DNA of 53,985 bases, from contig NIVC01000674.1 in assembly GCA_002269645.1 (NCBI GenBank), forward strand, positions 1 to 53,985. The letters are read 5' to 3'. Shown in pieces: positions 36,086-48,000 of the stretch. The stretch is from Macrostomum lignano. Lineage: Eukaryota. Position numbers and translations under genes: made by a program. The notes under the pieces were generated by a model. The model did no database searches. It had not been told where the DNA came from and saw only the letters and a program-made list of their open reading frames with translations. How positions within the stretch are numbered: the stretch's first letter is position 1; each line of letters begins with the position of its first letter.

Positions 36086-37704
36086 TCACAGCTTGGTGCA
36101 GTTTGCCTCCGCTCCACTTGGGTTCTCCGAGGCTCCTGCTGAGCCAGCAGCAGAGTCGGCCGCCGCCGCAGCCGCTGGCGCGACCCCCTCGATGGGGACG
36201 GATCTCCCAGCGCCGGCCGACGCAGAATCCGCTAGGGCGAGGAACGGCGCCTCCAGCAGCAGCCGGCCGTCCTCGGTGAGGCGACTCACCAGATTCTCGA
36301 CGTCGACGCCGCGCGGCAGAGTGAAGCTGCGCTCCATCCGCCTGAGCTCCGTCTGGCCTTCACGCTCCTGCCGGCTCTCCGCCTCTACGTAGACCTGATC
36401 GGCCTTCTGTTGTACCTTGATCTCCTGCGGGTGGAACTCGCGGACAAGAATCTCTGCCCGGAACATCTTGTCGCTGCTGACAGCTCGCTGATCACCGTCT
36501 GTAGCGCGAGCCGTCACTAGGCAGTTCAGTGGCTGAATTCCCGGGCCGCGGACCAGAGTGCGAACGTCGTCCCAGCTGAGGTCCTGCTGGCTGCAGCTGC
36601 TCATCGTGTCCTCGCCGCCGAGACCCATCGCTGCAGCTTCTGAGTAGCCTCGCTGGTGCTGCTGCTGCTGCTGCTGCTGCTGGAAGGACTGCAGCAGTGG
36701 AGCCTTCACGACCAGTGCGCCCTCCATAGTTAGAATGGTAGACACCTTCTCGCTGTCCACCTCGGCCGGGATGGTCAGCGTCCTGCGCACCTCATTAAGA
36801 TCTTCACCCTCCTCGCGACGCGCTCGGATGCGCAGCTTGTCCGCGTCACATTTGACGACGATCTCCTCCGGACGGAAGCCGACCAGATCGATGGCTGTGG
36901 TCCAGCTCTTCAGATGTGGAGACTCAGTCTTCACGGCTCCGCTGGCTGAGCTGACTGTTGAAGCTGACGGCTGGGCTGCTGTGGCTGCTGAGGCTGTTGA
37001 AGCCGAGGCTGGCGTTGTGGCAGCGGTTCCGCCTGCGGACGTCGTTGCAACAGAGTCTGAGGCTCGAGAGTACCAGCTGTGCGAAGCTCCGGAGGCCTGC
37101 GCGGAAAACATATTTTACTTTTATAAATAAATGAGTATTTATGCAACAGGGTTGTGAGTAGCCTCTACCAACGCCTTCGGCGACATCTTTTCACAACCAG
37201 CGCTGAGGCGATTCTGCCAATTCCACCGACTCCTGAGCATGCACACGCGAAGAGATACCGTAGGCACTCCACTCACACAGGGTGTACAGTGGCCTTGTCC
37301 CTGGCTGCGGGTCAACTGCTGCCTTGTGAACTAATTGCTGACTGACCCTCCATACCCCCATCCTGCATGTGGACATCCCTTACCCCCAACGGGCTGGCCG
37401 GAGACCGCACAAAGTCCGAAGCAGCGGAGCCGTCCTGCTGGTGCTGCTGGTACCGCCGCCGTCTCAGCCGGTCCAGCGGTCGACGATCGTCGAACAGGCT
37501 GCCACCGGTGCCCCGGCGACCGGAGTTGAAGAACTCATCCACGTCAAAGTCGTCAAATAGCGAGCGAAACGGCCAATCAGATGAACTGGAGAATGGCCGG
37601 AACACGTTGCCAGGCGTCATCCACGACATCGTTGCTATAAGTTCGGCCGAATTCGCTTCTATATGCCTGCTTGAAGTTTTGCTGCGTGTTTCGCGTCTTG
37701 CCAT
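36086..37704 (-). CDS. Small heat-shock protein with two alpha-crystallin domains (p40/Tsp36-like); exon 1 37704 (or 37629)-37384, exon 2 37096-36086
   Basis: ACD1 WTTAIDLVGFRPEEIVVK...RRTLTIPAEVDSEKVSTILTMEGALVVKAP; ACD2 FRAEILVREFHPQEIKV...RSFTLPRGVDVENLVSRLTEDGRLLLEAP; N-terminal DWPFRSLFDDF; C-terminal VPI motif; donor GGG|GTAAGG and acceptor cgcag|GCC are both phase 0. Confidence 0.9.
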
Positions 37705-38858
37705 TCTGATCCCTCTCCACTGGCTTTTATGGTAAACACTTTCGCTTTCCTTCCCGTCCAGCCTCCGTCGTCATCTGCCACCCCCCGGTTTCCTCCGTTT
37801 GCTCGTCCTGCACTGCACAAGCTGCTGCATCCGGCAATTCGAGCCAGCCTCTCCCAAAGGGCCAGGTAGGCTTTTATCGATCCGAGCCTGCGCAGCCTTG
37901 GAAGGCTAATGCAGGCGGTGTGCAAATTTGACCTGCCAAAAGTAGGAGCCGCCGCGCCGTATTTCTTGCCTTTGGGAAACTTCGGGAAACTTCTTGGCTG
38001 CAGGGGCCAATGCAGCTTTCCAGTTTCTCTGAATTTTTTGCCCATTTGATCCATCTTTTATCGTAGACAATATGATCCTGCTAAATATTCGTGATTTTCC
38101 CAGTCAATTTTGAAATACTGTGTCGCTGAAGTGATACTTTGTTTGCTATTATTCCTACGCATGGAAGACACTAAACAGGTGTCGATTCAGAGCAAAGTCA
38201 AAGTTCGATATATTTGATATTAATGCATTTCAATGAAGGGCAAACCCGATTTGGGCAGAATTCTCCCTGAATGCATCACCACCACCCTGCATTCATGATG
38301 ATGGACCCAAAAATCTAAAATATGTATCGAGAGTAGATCGATCGAGAGTCAATATTTTTGAATTGAATATTGCCAGCCATGTCTCTGCTGCAGCACCCAA
38401 AACCTCCTCTGCAGCCGACCCTGCAGCTCGTATTCGGGCCCCCGAGGCCCATCATGCCTGCTTCTCTCACAACTCATACGTGTAGAGTATAATTTCATGT
38501 TTTAAGATTGGGTTCAGCTGGAATCAATCAAATAGCTTTGAAAAGTGGTCTCTGTGACTCTTTGTTTTATCGCAATTTTTTGTTATAAATTAAGTGTCTT
38601 TACAATTTTTATCACGTGATATTGCCATTGCCACCAAGGAGGCTTTTCATATTACCAATTCCAGAACCAGAATCCACCCAGAATCGGTTCGGATTTCCAA
38701 GAAAAAAAGCAGTATAACTATTTAACTTTGTTGAATGTTTGACTGCCTTAACAGCCTCACTTTGCACAATTTTTCACTTTCTTCTTGGCTTTTGCCATTC
38801 AATAATCACAATTTTAAAGCACTAATATCCCTCTAGTTTAGGAGACAAAAGGTTATAC

Positions 38859-39022
38859 CAGGGACTACTCAACATCGGGACGGGAAACTAGGCAAATCAT
38901 GGCGAAGTTTTTACGAGGCTGGTTAAATCTATGGCCGCGCCAATGCAGCAGTAGCTATTTCAATATTTCAATAAATCTTCAATGAATTTTATATTTTATA
39001 TTTTATGTTTGAGTAGTCCCTG
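38859..39022. mobile_element. 164-bp hAT-like MITE
   Basis: 14-bp TIR CAGGGACTACTCAA / TTGAGTAGTCCCTG; flanking 8-mers GGTTATAC and AGTTATAC (7/8 match, TSD). Confidence 0.78.
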
Positions 39023-39060
39023 AGTTATACTTTACAAAATGGTTCTGGTTCTAAGAGCCT

Positions 39061-39762
39061 CAAGGACGACTTAAGTAGAAGGACGGGAAACCTCGTTTCT
39101 TAGAAAATTTTAGAAGGCAGGTTTTCCCGAAAAAATACACTACAGAGATAGGAAGTTTTCATTTTTTCAGCACAAAAATTGTTATTGCTTTTGATAGGAA
39201 GCAGATCCAGTGTTCATTTTTGATATATTGTGCCTTGCTTATTGCTCTATCGATATTAATAAAGCTCTCCGTTTAAAAATAAGGATTCAATGTTAATTTT
39301 TTATTCTACGTACATTTGCGCATGTCTTGTGCCTAAAAACCATTAGAATAGCACGGCTCAGCTCTTTGGTTTTATGAGTCTATTTTATCATTTTTAGCTG
39401 ACTGTGTAACAAATATGCGTAGCACAAATGATAAAATGGATTCATAAAACCAAAGATTTAGAGCTGTGCAAATTATTATTATTATTTTTAGGTACAGTAA
39501 ATGTGCATAGAATAAAAAATGAACATATAATCCTACTTCTTTGAACAAAAAGCTTTATAAATATCGATAGAGCAATAAGAAGGGCACAACATATCAAAAG
39601 ATGAACACTGGAACTGCCTCCTATCAAAAGCAATAACAATTTTTGTGCTGAAAAATGAAAACTTCTATCTCCATAGAGCATAGTGTATTTTTTCGGGAAA
39701 GCCTGCCTTCTAAAATTTTCTAAGAAACGAGGTTTCCCGTCCTTCTACTTAAGTCGTCCTTG
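39061..39762. mobile_element. Foldback DNA transposon, copy 2 (inverted relative to copy 1)
   Basis: Termini CAAGGACGACTTAAGTAGAAGGACGGGAAACCTCG / CGAGGTTTCCCGTCCTTCTACTTAAGTCGTCCTTG; internal sequence is the reverse complement of 24669-25342; no TSD visible. Confidence 0.88.
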
Positions 39763-39779
39763 ATTGCCACCTTATGCCA

Positions 39780-39950
39780 TTGCCACTTTTAGTGCCACAG
39801 GCACTCATTTTGGCACCACAGGCACTCATTTTGGTGCTACAAGCACTCATTTTGGTGACGTAAATACTTATTTTGGCGCTGCAGACACTCATTTTGGTGC
39901 TGTAGGCACTCATTTAGGAGCCGCAGGCACTCATTTTAGCGCTGCAGGCA
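39780..39950. repeat. Short degenerate minisatellite, 21 bp unit GGCACTCATTTTGGCACCACA
   Basis: About 7 copies directly after the foldback element. Confidence 0.85.
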
Positions 39951-41269
39951 CACAATTGCCTCATGGTTTTTGGTACATTCCGCGCCCAATCCCATCCCCT
40001 AGGTGATTGGAGAGGGGGCTGCAACCTGGCTACATCACTGTATATTGTAACTAGGCCTAACTATAACAAAGTCTATTAACACTGCTTATCTCATATCTTA
40101 CCATTTACATTTATCTATTTTCATTGTATTGTAATGGATATCATATTGACATTAGATGTACTTCTTTCTTTTGCAATGATTCCATTACCCACTCTAAATT
40201 ATTTTCCTAAGATAAGCTCAGTCTTATTGATCAAGTTTTATACCTAATACCTTTGGCTTTTTGGTCATATTAAGTATTAATATTAATATTTTATTAATTA
40301 CTAAGCCTACTCTGGGTTCATTTTTGTGTGCAAAGTGTACATATACACCCTAAATTTTAAAATTGCACCCTGAAATTGATTGTAGTGCAGTTTACATGCA
40401 ATCTTATTAACCTATTTTCCATTCCATTGAAGCCTCATTTGCATTGCTTTAAAATAAGAAAAAAGAGAATTACACTTTGACCCTTAAAATTGCACTATGA
40501 AAATGAGCATAGAGTGCAATTTTGCACCTTGTCTCTGGCAAAAAAGAAAACTCTAAGTCTACTAATCCTAGGATTCCTAACTAATGTCAGTGTCATGACA
40601 CTAATAAATATATAAATATTCTATAGTATGCTCATATATATTATACAATGTAACTCATTTATTTAGATTTATTTATTTTAAATTTAAACTAACTTACAGG
40701 GCAAAGGCATTTAAAGTCTCAACTCAATGTCAAAGTACATATACAAACTATCAAATGTTTACCTTATGTTAATGTATTAATATTATTTGTTTAAAAGCTA
40801 GGCCTACAAATGACAATATACAATCATTAGGGATAAAAGCAATAATTATATATTAATAATTATGTTTATATTTAGCTTCATTTTTGGCCAATTTCAATTG
40901 GCAAAGCAAACCTATCAAAAGGACCTTACTTTTGGCAAAATGAATATATAAAAAAGCTTTTGTGTTTAATTTAGTATGGTTTTGTTTATGTTATTAACCA
41001 AGGCTAATCCTAGTATAATAGAATTGCATATTTTAATTTATTATAAATTAATCTTATATAAATTAATAATAATTTCATTTTTTGTTAAAAATTCAAGACT
41101 GCTTCAAAAGTTAACATAGGAATAGTATATCAAAATTAAACAATGCTTTCTATTTTTTTTATTATAATATTATATATATATAATCTCAAAAACTTAATTT
41201 TGTTTTTGTCTTCTTTTTCATGTTGTTTTGCCTTGTATTATCATTTCAAAAAGGCAAAAAGAACATCCT

Positions 41270-43028
41270 ATGTTTGCTGCCAGCCTTCATCAGTTAAGAA
41301 GAGCTTCAAAATTATTTGTTCCAATGGCTTCAAAAGCATCTCAATCTGGCTTTAAATTTGATGCATCTATTGCTATTCCAAAACAAAATTTTGAATATTT
41401 TTTAGTCTTGGACTTTGAAGCAACATGCCAAGAGGGTCCTAAAATCTTTCCTCAAGAGATTATTGAATTTCCTGTGCTCAAGGTGAATGCACAAACACTT
41501 GCTACTGAGGCCACGTTTCACAAGTATGTGCAGCCCAGGGTGCACAAAGAGCTCACTAGTTTCTGCACTAAGGTATTATTTTTTGCATTGCTTCCATTGC
41601 ATCATCATGCTTTATCAATCGAGAAATCACTGCAATGACATTCCATCTATTTTTTATTAGCTTACTGGCATCATTCAAGAGATGGTAGACAATCAGCCAC
41701 ATTTGGAAGAGGTGCTTCAGGTGAGAGATTATTTTTCACCTTTAACTAGGTAAAGTATATAATCAATTGGTTTTTACATATTGCAGGACTTTCACAACTG
41801 GATGCAACAGGAAGGCCTGTTAGACCAAAGCACTGCATCAGCATTTGTCACTTGCGGCGACTGGGATCTCAATGTGATGTGGGTGAACTTCTCTTTCTTC
41901 TTTCTTGCCAAACTTCAAACCCCGATTCTCTTCCCCTGACCACCTACCCCCATCCTGATTCACTGCCCCTGATCCCCCACCCACCCCCGATTCTCTGCCC
42001 CTGATCCCCCACCCACCCCCGATTCTCTGTCCCTGATCCCCCCACCCCACCCCCGATTCTCTGCCCCTGACCGCCTACCCCACTCTCGATTCTCTGCCCC
42101 TGACCGCCTACCCCACTCTCGATTCTCTGCCCCTGACCGCCCACCCCACCCCCGATTCTCTGCCCCTGACCGCCCACCCACTCTCGATTATCTGCCCCTG
42201 ACCGCCTACCCCACTCTCGATTCTCTGCCCCTGACCGCCCACCCACTCCCGATTCTCTGCCCCTGATCCCCCACCCCACCCCCGATTCTCTGCCCCTGAT
42301 CCCCCACCCCACCCCCGATTCTCTGCCCCTGACCGCCCACCCACTCTCGATTATCTGCCCCTGACCCCCCCACCCCCGATTCTCTGCCCCTGATCCCCCC
42401 ACCCCACCCCCGATTCTCTGCCCCTGACCCCCCACCCTCGATTCTCTGCCCCTGATCCCCCACCCCACCCCCGATTCTCTGCCCCTGATCCCCACACCAC
42501 CCCCGATTCTCTGCCCCTGACCGCCCACCCCACCCCTGATTCTCTGCCTCTTACCAGCCAACCCATCCACCCACCCAGCCAACCCTAAATCTGCCCCGCT
42601 CAACCCTGCCCTTCGCTTACCCCATGCCATAATCACACAGGTTTGCTTAAACACCGTCGCCAACTGATCGCAAGGCCAGTATTAATTAAGGCAGTCTGAC
42701 ACCACTCATCACTCTCTTCTTTCTATTTGAAAGGCTGCCCAGCCAGTGCGCGCATTTCGGCATCCCCCTGCCGCTGTACATGACCCGCTGGATCAACATC
42801 AAGCGCGTGTTCAGCGACGTTATGGGCCGCTACCCGCGCCAGGACTTGATGGAGATGCTGCGCCTGCTCAACCTTGCCCACCAGGGCCGGCATCATTCTG
42901 GCATTGACGATGTGCGCAATATTGCCAACATTTTGGGCGAGCTCGTCATCAGAGGCGCTGCGCCCAGCATTACTGGGGAATTCCGACCGCGGCCGGGCCA
43001 GTTTAAGGAACAAGCAGGCAGCAGCTGA
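41270..43028 (+). CDS. ERI3: ERI1 exoribonuclease 3 (DEDDh 3'-5' exonuclease): exons 41270-41572, 41661-41720, 41787-41878, 42734-43028
   Basis: YFLVLDFEATC, PQEIIEFPVLK, FHKYVQP, LTSFCTK|LTGIIQEMVD, FVTCGDWDLNVM|LPSQC, WINIK, HQGRHHSGIDDVRNIANI match ERI3; GT-AG introns with phases 0, 0, 2. Confidence 0.92.
41915..42560. repeat. Intronic minisatellite, ~31 bp unit CGATTCTCTGCCCCTGACCGCCCACCCCACC
   Basis: About 20 copies in ERI3 intron 3; contains GAGAATCG on the minus strand. Confidence 0.95.
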
Positions 43029-43059
43029 TTGACTTGCATCTGCAAATTTAGTTCTGCCC

Positions 43060-43660
43060 CACCCACCCTAACCTCTGCTTCTCTGCCCCGCCCACGCACC
43101 TCATCCTCCGCTTCTCTGTCCCTGGACACACACCCCATCCTCCGCTTCTCTGTCCCTGGCCACCCACCCCATCCTCCGCATCTCGGCCCTGGACACCCAC
43201 CCCATCCTCCGCTTCTCTGTCCCTGGCCACCCACCCCATCCTCCGCTTCTCGGCCCCTGGACACCCACCCCATCCTCCGCTTCTCTGTCCTTGGCCACCC
43301 ACCCCATCCTCCACTTCTTTTCCTCCGCATGCCCACCCCATCCTCCAATTCTTATTTTTCCATGGCCACCCACCCCATCCTCCGCTTCTCGGCCCCTGGA
43401 CACCCACCCCATCCTCCGCTTCTCTGTCCCTGGCCACCCACCCCATTCTCCGCTTCTCTATCCTTGGCCACCCACCCCATCCTCCGCTTCTCTGTCCCTG
43501 GCCACCCACCCCATTCTCCGCTTCTCTGTCCCTGGCCACCCACCCCATCCTCCGCTTCTCTGTCCCTGGCCACCCACCCCATCCTCCGCTTCTCTGTCCT
43601 TGGCCACCCACCCATCCTCCACTTCTTTTCCTCCGCATGCCCACCCCATCCTCCAATTCT
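43060..43660. repeat. Minisatellite, 34 bp unit CACCCACCCCATCCTCCGCTTCTCTGTCCCTGGC
   Basis: About 15 copies starting ~30-60 bp after the ERI3 stop; includes a twice-repeated CTTCTTTTCCTCCGCATGCC...TTATTTTTC variant. Confidence 0.94.
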
Positions 43661-44094
43661 TATTTTTCTGGTTCCGAAGTTTTTAAGAAATCTAAGACTC
43701 ATGATCACATGAAACTTGCTGTAACAAAAGTGTGTACATATTTTTTGATTAAAATAAAAAGTCCAAGCTCTTGGCTTTCCAAACTGAATCGGATTGTTTA
43801 GTTTAGCTAATTGAATAAGCAATAGTTCTGAGTTGAATTCATAAAGTATGAAAGTGCAGTAGAAGTTGATTCGGTACAAAAATATTAGTCAGCTGCGGGT
43901 GAAATATTAAATGCTGGCACACAGGTCAAAGGAGGCATTTGCGCTCCCTCAGCTTAACTGCAAGAAATTCACTTCGCTCAGGCTAACGGCGTGTACAGTT
44001 GATGAAGAGCGGCGGCCGGGACTGGATCCAGCTTCCTCCTCATCCTTCATGTCTCCATTTGCATCCCCATCTTGACTGGGACTCAGAGGATTTG

Positions 44095-45822
44095 TTACTT
44101 GATTTGGAGAATCCCCGGACTGTCCGGTTTCCACTTTGGGAACACGTGATCGACAATGTCCATCAGCGCTCTGTAGCTGGGGGCCCATCCGCAGCCGTCC
44201 ATCTGGTAGCAGCCGCCGCGGAGCAGCTCGCCGCGCGAATTGACGGTGAAGCAGCGCTCCAGCGGGATGCCGACCTTCGCGTAGGTGTCGGCGTCCGTCG
44301 GACGGTTGCCGAAGCCCGCCCAGAACGGGCCGCCGACTTTGTGCGCGGTCTGGAACAGCGCGCGAATGTCGCGCAGGCAGGGGATCTGGCAGGGTGGATT
44401 TGGGAGTGGATAAGTTCTTCACAACTGACACGTGATTTACCAGTACCTGGATTGCATTCAATTAATTTACAACCTAAATCTCCGTTCCAATGATAACTTA
44501 AGTGGATGGGAAACCTCGTTTCTTAGAAAACAGTTTGCCAGTTTTCATTTTGCGGCACCAAAAATTGCGATAAAGTTATGCCGTTAATCGTGGCTGCAGT
44601 CCTGGTACTAGTAGTACAAACCATACACTAACCTTGAAATCTTGCGGCCGCCGCGCGATCACCTCCCTGTGTAGGGCGGCCAGCAGGGAATCTGGTGAGA
44701 GCAACACGGGGCCGCCCGGCAGTCCGGCTCCCTCCTGGCTGATGCGGTCCAGAAACCTCCTGGTGGCCTCGGACTGCCCGAGTCCCCGTGAGGACAGGTA
44801 GAGGAACCTGTAGCCGTTGCCGCCCACCGCGGAGAACAGGCTGGTCACCGTGGGCTGAATCCAGTCCTGGCCCACTATGGGCAGCAGCTGGCCGAGCAGG
44901 TCCGACCGCGTGATGGTGCCGTCAATGTCGGACACAACTATCCGATCGTCGTGACGCCACAGGTGCACCTCGCACAGGCAGCTGGCCGTGCCCTGGTACT
45001 TTGTAGTCACGTCGTAGCGAAGCTTGTTGACGCCCGGTTGGAGGTGCAGCAGCCGCAGCTGGTCCGAGCTGAGTCGGATACTCATGTCCCTGGTTTTGCT
45101 GGCCGGGGCTAATTAACAAATTTGGTTAAAAATTGGGCTTTTTGAGTTCTAGTGAAATTCACTTTACCTGCAGCACATATTCATATTTCAGAGGAAATTT
45201 CGGACAACTAGAGGTGTCAGTGGAGGGCAATTAGCTAGAGGTGTCAGTGGAGGGCAATTAGCTAGGGGTGTCAGTGGAGGGCAATTAGCCAGGGGTGTCA
45301 GTGAGCCACTCACCGCCGTCGCCTTCACTGGAGGCCAGCGACGAACTCGACGCCGTAGTTTTCAGTCGCATCGACAAAGCCGACGACGAGGCTGCGGCGG
45401 AAGCGGCAGCGTCCGACGCCGCAGCGGAGGACTTCTTTGGCAGGTGGCCCCAGCGCCAGACGGACCACTTTGAGCTGACCGAGTTGGCGGCTCCTTCGCT
45501 TGCCGACGTCTCCGGCTCGCTGAGGTGGCCGGAATCGATCTGCTGGTCTGATACGGCGGCCTCGGCCGGAACGTCCACCCAGTCGTCGAATCCGGCGCCC
45601 ACAGCCGCCTGATGCGGCGGAAGCGGCAGCGGCTCGCGGCAGAAAATCACTTCGCCTGCGGGACCCAGCCGGGCCGCGAGTCCGGTGACTGGCGACTCGT
45701 TGACGAAAATTTCCACCTTTGCAGTTTGGGAATTGGGGTGGGGACAGGCGCGTTGTGGGAGGAAGTACAGGAAGTCTTTCTGTCTGTCTGTCTGTCCGTC
45801 TGTCTGTTTGTCTGTCTGTCTT

Positions 45823-45857
<35 letters not shown>

Positions 45858-45872
45858 GGCTGTCTGTCTGGC

Positions 45873-45913
<41 letters not shown>

Positions 45914-46167
45914 GCCTGCCTGTCTGTCTGTCTGTTTAATTATCAGTTTTAGCCTGTCCGCGCCTCTCTAATTGTCTGCCTGTCCATCAGCCTCACCGCA
46001 TTGTCCCTCGGCCGCAGGACTCCCCGCTTGCCGAACCGAGCATGAAACGGGCTGCCAATGAGGCTGCCGTCCGGCTGCTCAACCACCAGCACGTCGATGG
46101 CCCCGGAGAGGGTGCTGGGGTTCCAGTAGCCGCCAACGTGGCCGAGCAGCTGACTGACCAAATTCAT
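44095..46167 (-). CDS. LPIN: Lipin (phosphatidate phosphatase): exons 46167-45997, 45716-45314, 45108-44633, 44385-44095 (or to 43949 if one A is missing at 44135-44137)
   Basis: [51 protein letters not shown]; [44 protein letters not shown] (DxDxT), [34 protein letters not shown]|[24 protein letters not shown]; GT-AG introns with phases 0, 1, 0. Confidence 0.92.
44496..44570 (+). mobile_element. Relic of the foldback element terminus in lipin intron 3
   Basis: ACTTAAGT...GGGAAACCTCGTTTCTTAGAAAA (23 bp identical to the copy 2 TIR) followed by AGTTTTCATTTT..GCAC.AAAAATT. Confidence 0.7.
45207..45303. repeat. Intronic 27 bp tandem repeat AGCTAGAGGTGTCAGTGGAGGGCAATT x3.5
   Basis: Lipin intron 2, next to the donor at 45313. 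Confidence 0.88.
45778..45935. repeat. (TGTC)n microsatellite in lipin intron 1
   Basis: Direct inspection. Confidence 0.95.
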
Positions 46168-47494
46168 TAATAATGAACAGAGAAAATTCTCACTGTTGAT
46201 CTCGCAGCAGTTGTAGAAGAAAATAATCGAGCAGATTTTTTCTCCAAGGTTGTGCGCTGCAATTTTGCAGATCGCCCGCCCTCTGACTGACTGAATGCTT
46301 TTAGCAGTACAGCCCCAGCCCCCTGCCCCTGCACACTCGGGATGAACGGGGCAGACAGGCAGACAGACAGACAGTTTTCTAAGGCCACCGACCACTTCTC
46401 CACTCAACCGCTCAGTCAACTTGCACTATAGTTGTACACTCTGGTTCAGTGTACATTTCACTCTGTAGTGAAGCGTGCCCCAGTATGTTTTGCATTATTC
46501 CCTGTAGCTCATTGGGTCGGTAGTGAGCTGTTTTTAAGTGTCGCCTGCCCTTACTGGAAGGTTTTGTTGAGAGCAAGAAGAATGCGCACTCGCTATTTGT
46601 CCGTACAGGTAATTGGCAGGAAAGATGAGGCAGAGTTCCAGTTTTTGTAGCTTACTTTTGTAGTTCTTGAGGGATTCTCATGTTCTCATGATTAATAAGT
46701 AACTAATCATGTCATCATTCTATCTGGGCTAGTTGTCCTTGATCAATTTTGATGCTACTTCGATGTTTATTTATATTATTAGAGGCAAAAGCTGTTTTGT
46801 CATTGCTGTGTTTTCGACATTGTAAAGCAACCGGCGAAGGCATTGCCATCCCGCCGACTCCCCTGAGCAGGCACGCACAAGCGCGCGGATACGTACGCAG
46901 TCATACGCACAAGCACACACTCACACAGGAGTGTACAGCGGCCCTGACTTTACTTATCGTTAGGCATGTACGAGTACACCTCAGTGCCTTGGGGGCCCAA
47001 GCAGATTTCAATTCGGCCCCAATTAATATGACTGCACACAGGAATCGAGCCTGGGCCGCTGGCACATCAGAGCGCCCAGGCTAGACGACTCAATATTGAT
47101 TGATGCTACTGACGACATCAGGAACAACTAAAATCATGGTTGCTGATGTGAATAGGAAAAGAACTAAGAGTACTTTATACAGTAACATTAGTCCCAAGCT
47201 TAAAAGTACATGCGACTGAAATAAACAAAACTACAAAGACTCAATCATATATAATTATATAATTATATTGGAAGGACAAGGGCCAGCAATGGTAAATTAA
47301 CTGTAGACTTTCAAATAAACCGGTTCATACTGAACCTACTATTAGTAAGCTAATGCTTAAATGCTTTGTATTTTATTAAATTAGACACAAAAATCATAAT
47401 TTAAGCAGAATTTGAAAACTGCAGTTTGATAATTAGCAAGGTGAAATTCGTTAAGCTATGAGCCGTCTTGATGACTTTAGAAAACCTTCAGTTC

Positions 47495-47968
47495 TATAAC
47501 AGCATAGATTACAGCATCCATAACAGCATAGATTACAGCATCCATAACAGCATAGATTACAGCATCCATAACAGCATCTATTACAGCATCCATAACAGCA
47601 TCTATTACAGCATCCATAACAGCATGGATTACAGCATAGATTACAGCATCCATAGCAGCATCTGTTACAGCATCCATAAGATTACAGCATAGATTACAGC
47701 ATCCATAAGATTACAGCATAGATTACAGCATCCATAATATTACGGCATAGATTACAGCATAGATTACAGCATCCATAAGATTACGGCATAGATTACAGCA
47801 TAGATTACAGCATCCATAAGATTACAGCATCCATAAGATTACAGCATAGATTACAGCATCCATAAGATTACAGCATCCATAAGATTACAGCATAGATTAC
47901 AGCATAGATTACAGCATCCATAACAGCGTAGATTACAGCATCCATAAGACTACAGCATGGACTACAGC
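47495..47968. repeat. Minisatellite of GATTACAGCAT-based units (24, 18 and 12 bp variants)
   Basis: GATTACAGCATCCATAACAGCATA etc.; begins ~30 bp 3' of the ATR stop (minus strand). Confidence 0.94.
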
Positions 47969-48000
47969 ACTAGCAACAGCAGCAGCCGCCATTCCGGCAG

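Noticed and set aside
39960-41150. AT-rich block as a mitochondrial insertion (NUMT)
   Set aside because: No recognisable mitochondrial gene, tRNA or rRNA motif; it is consistent with AT-rich upstream DNA.
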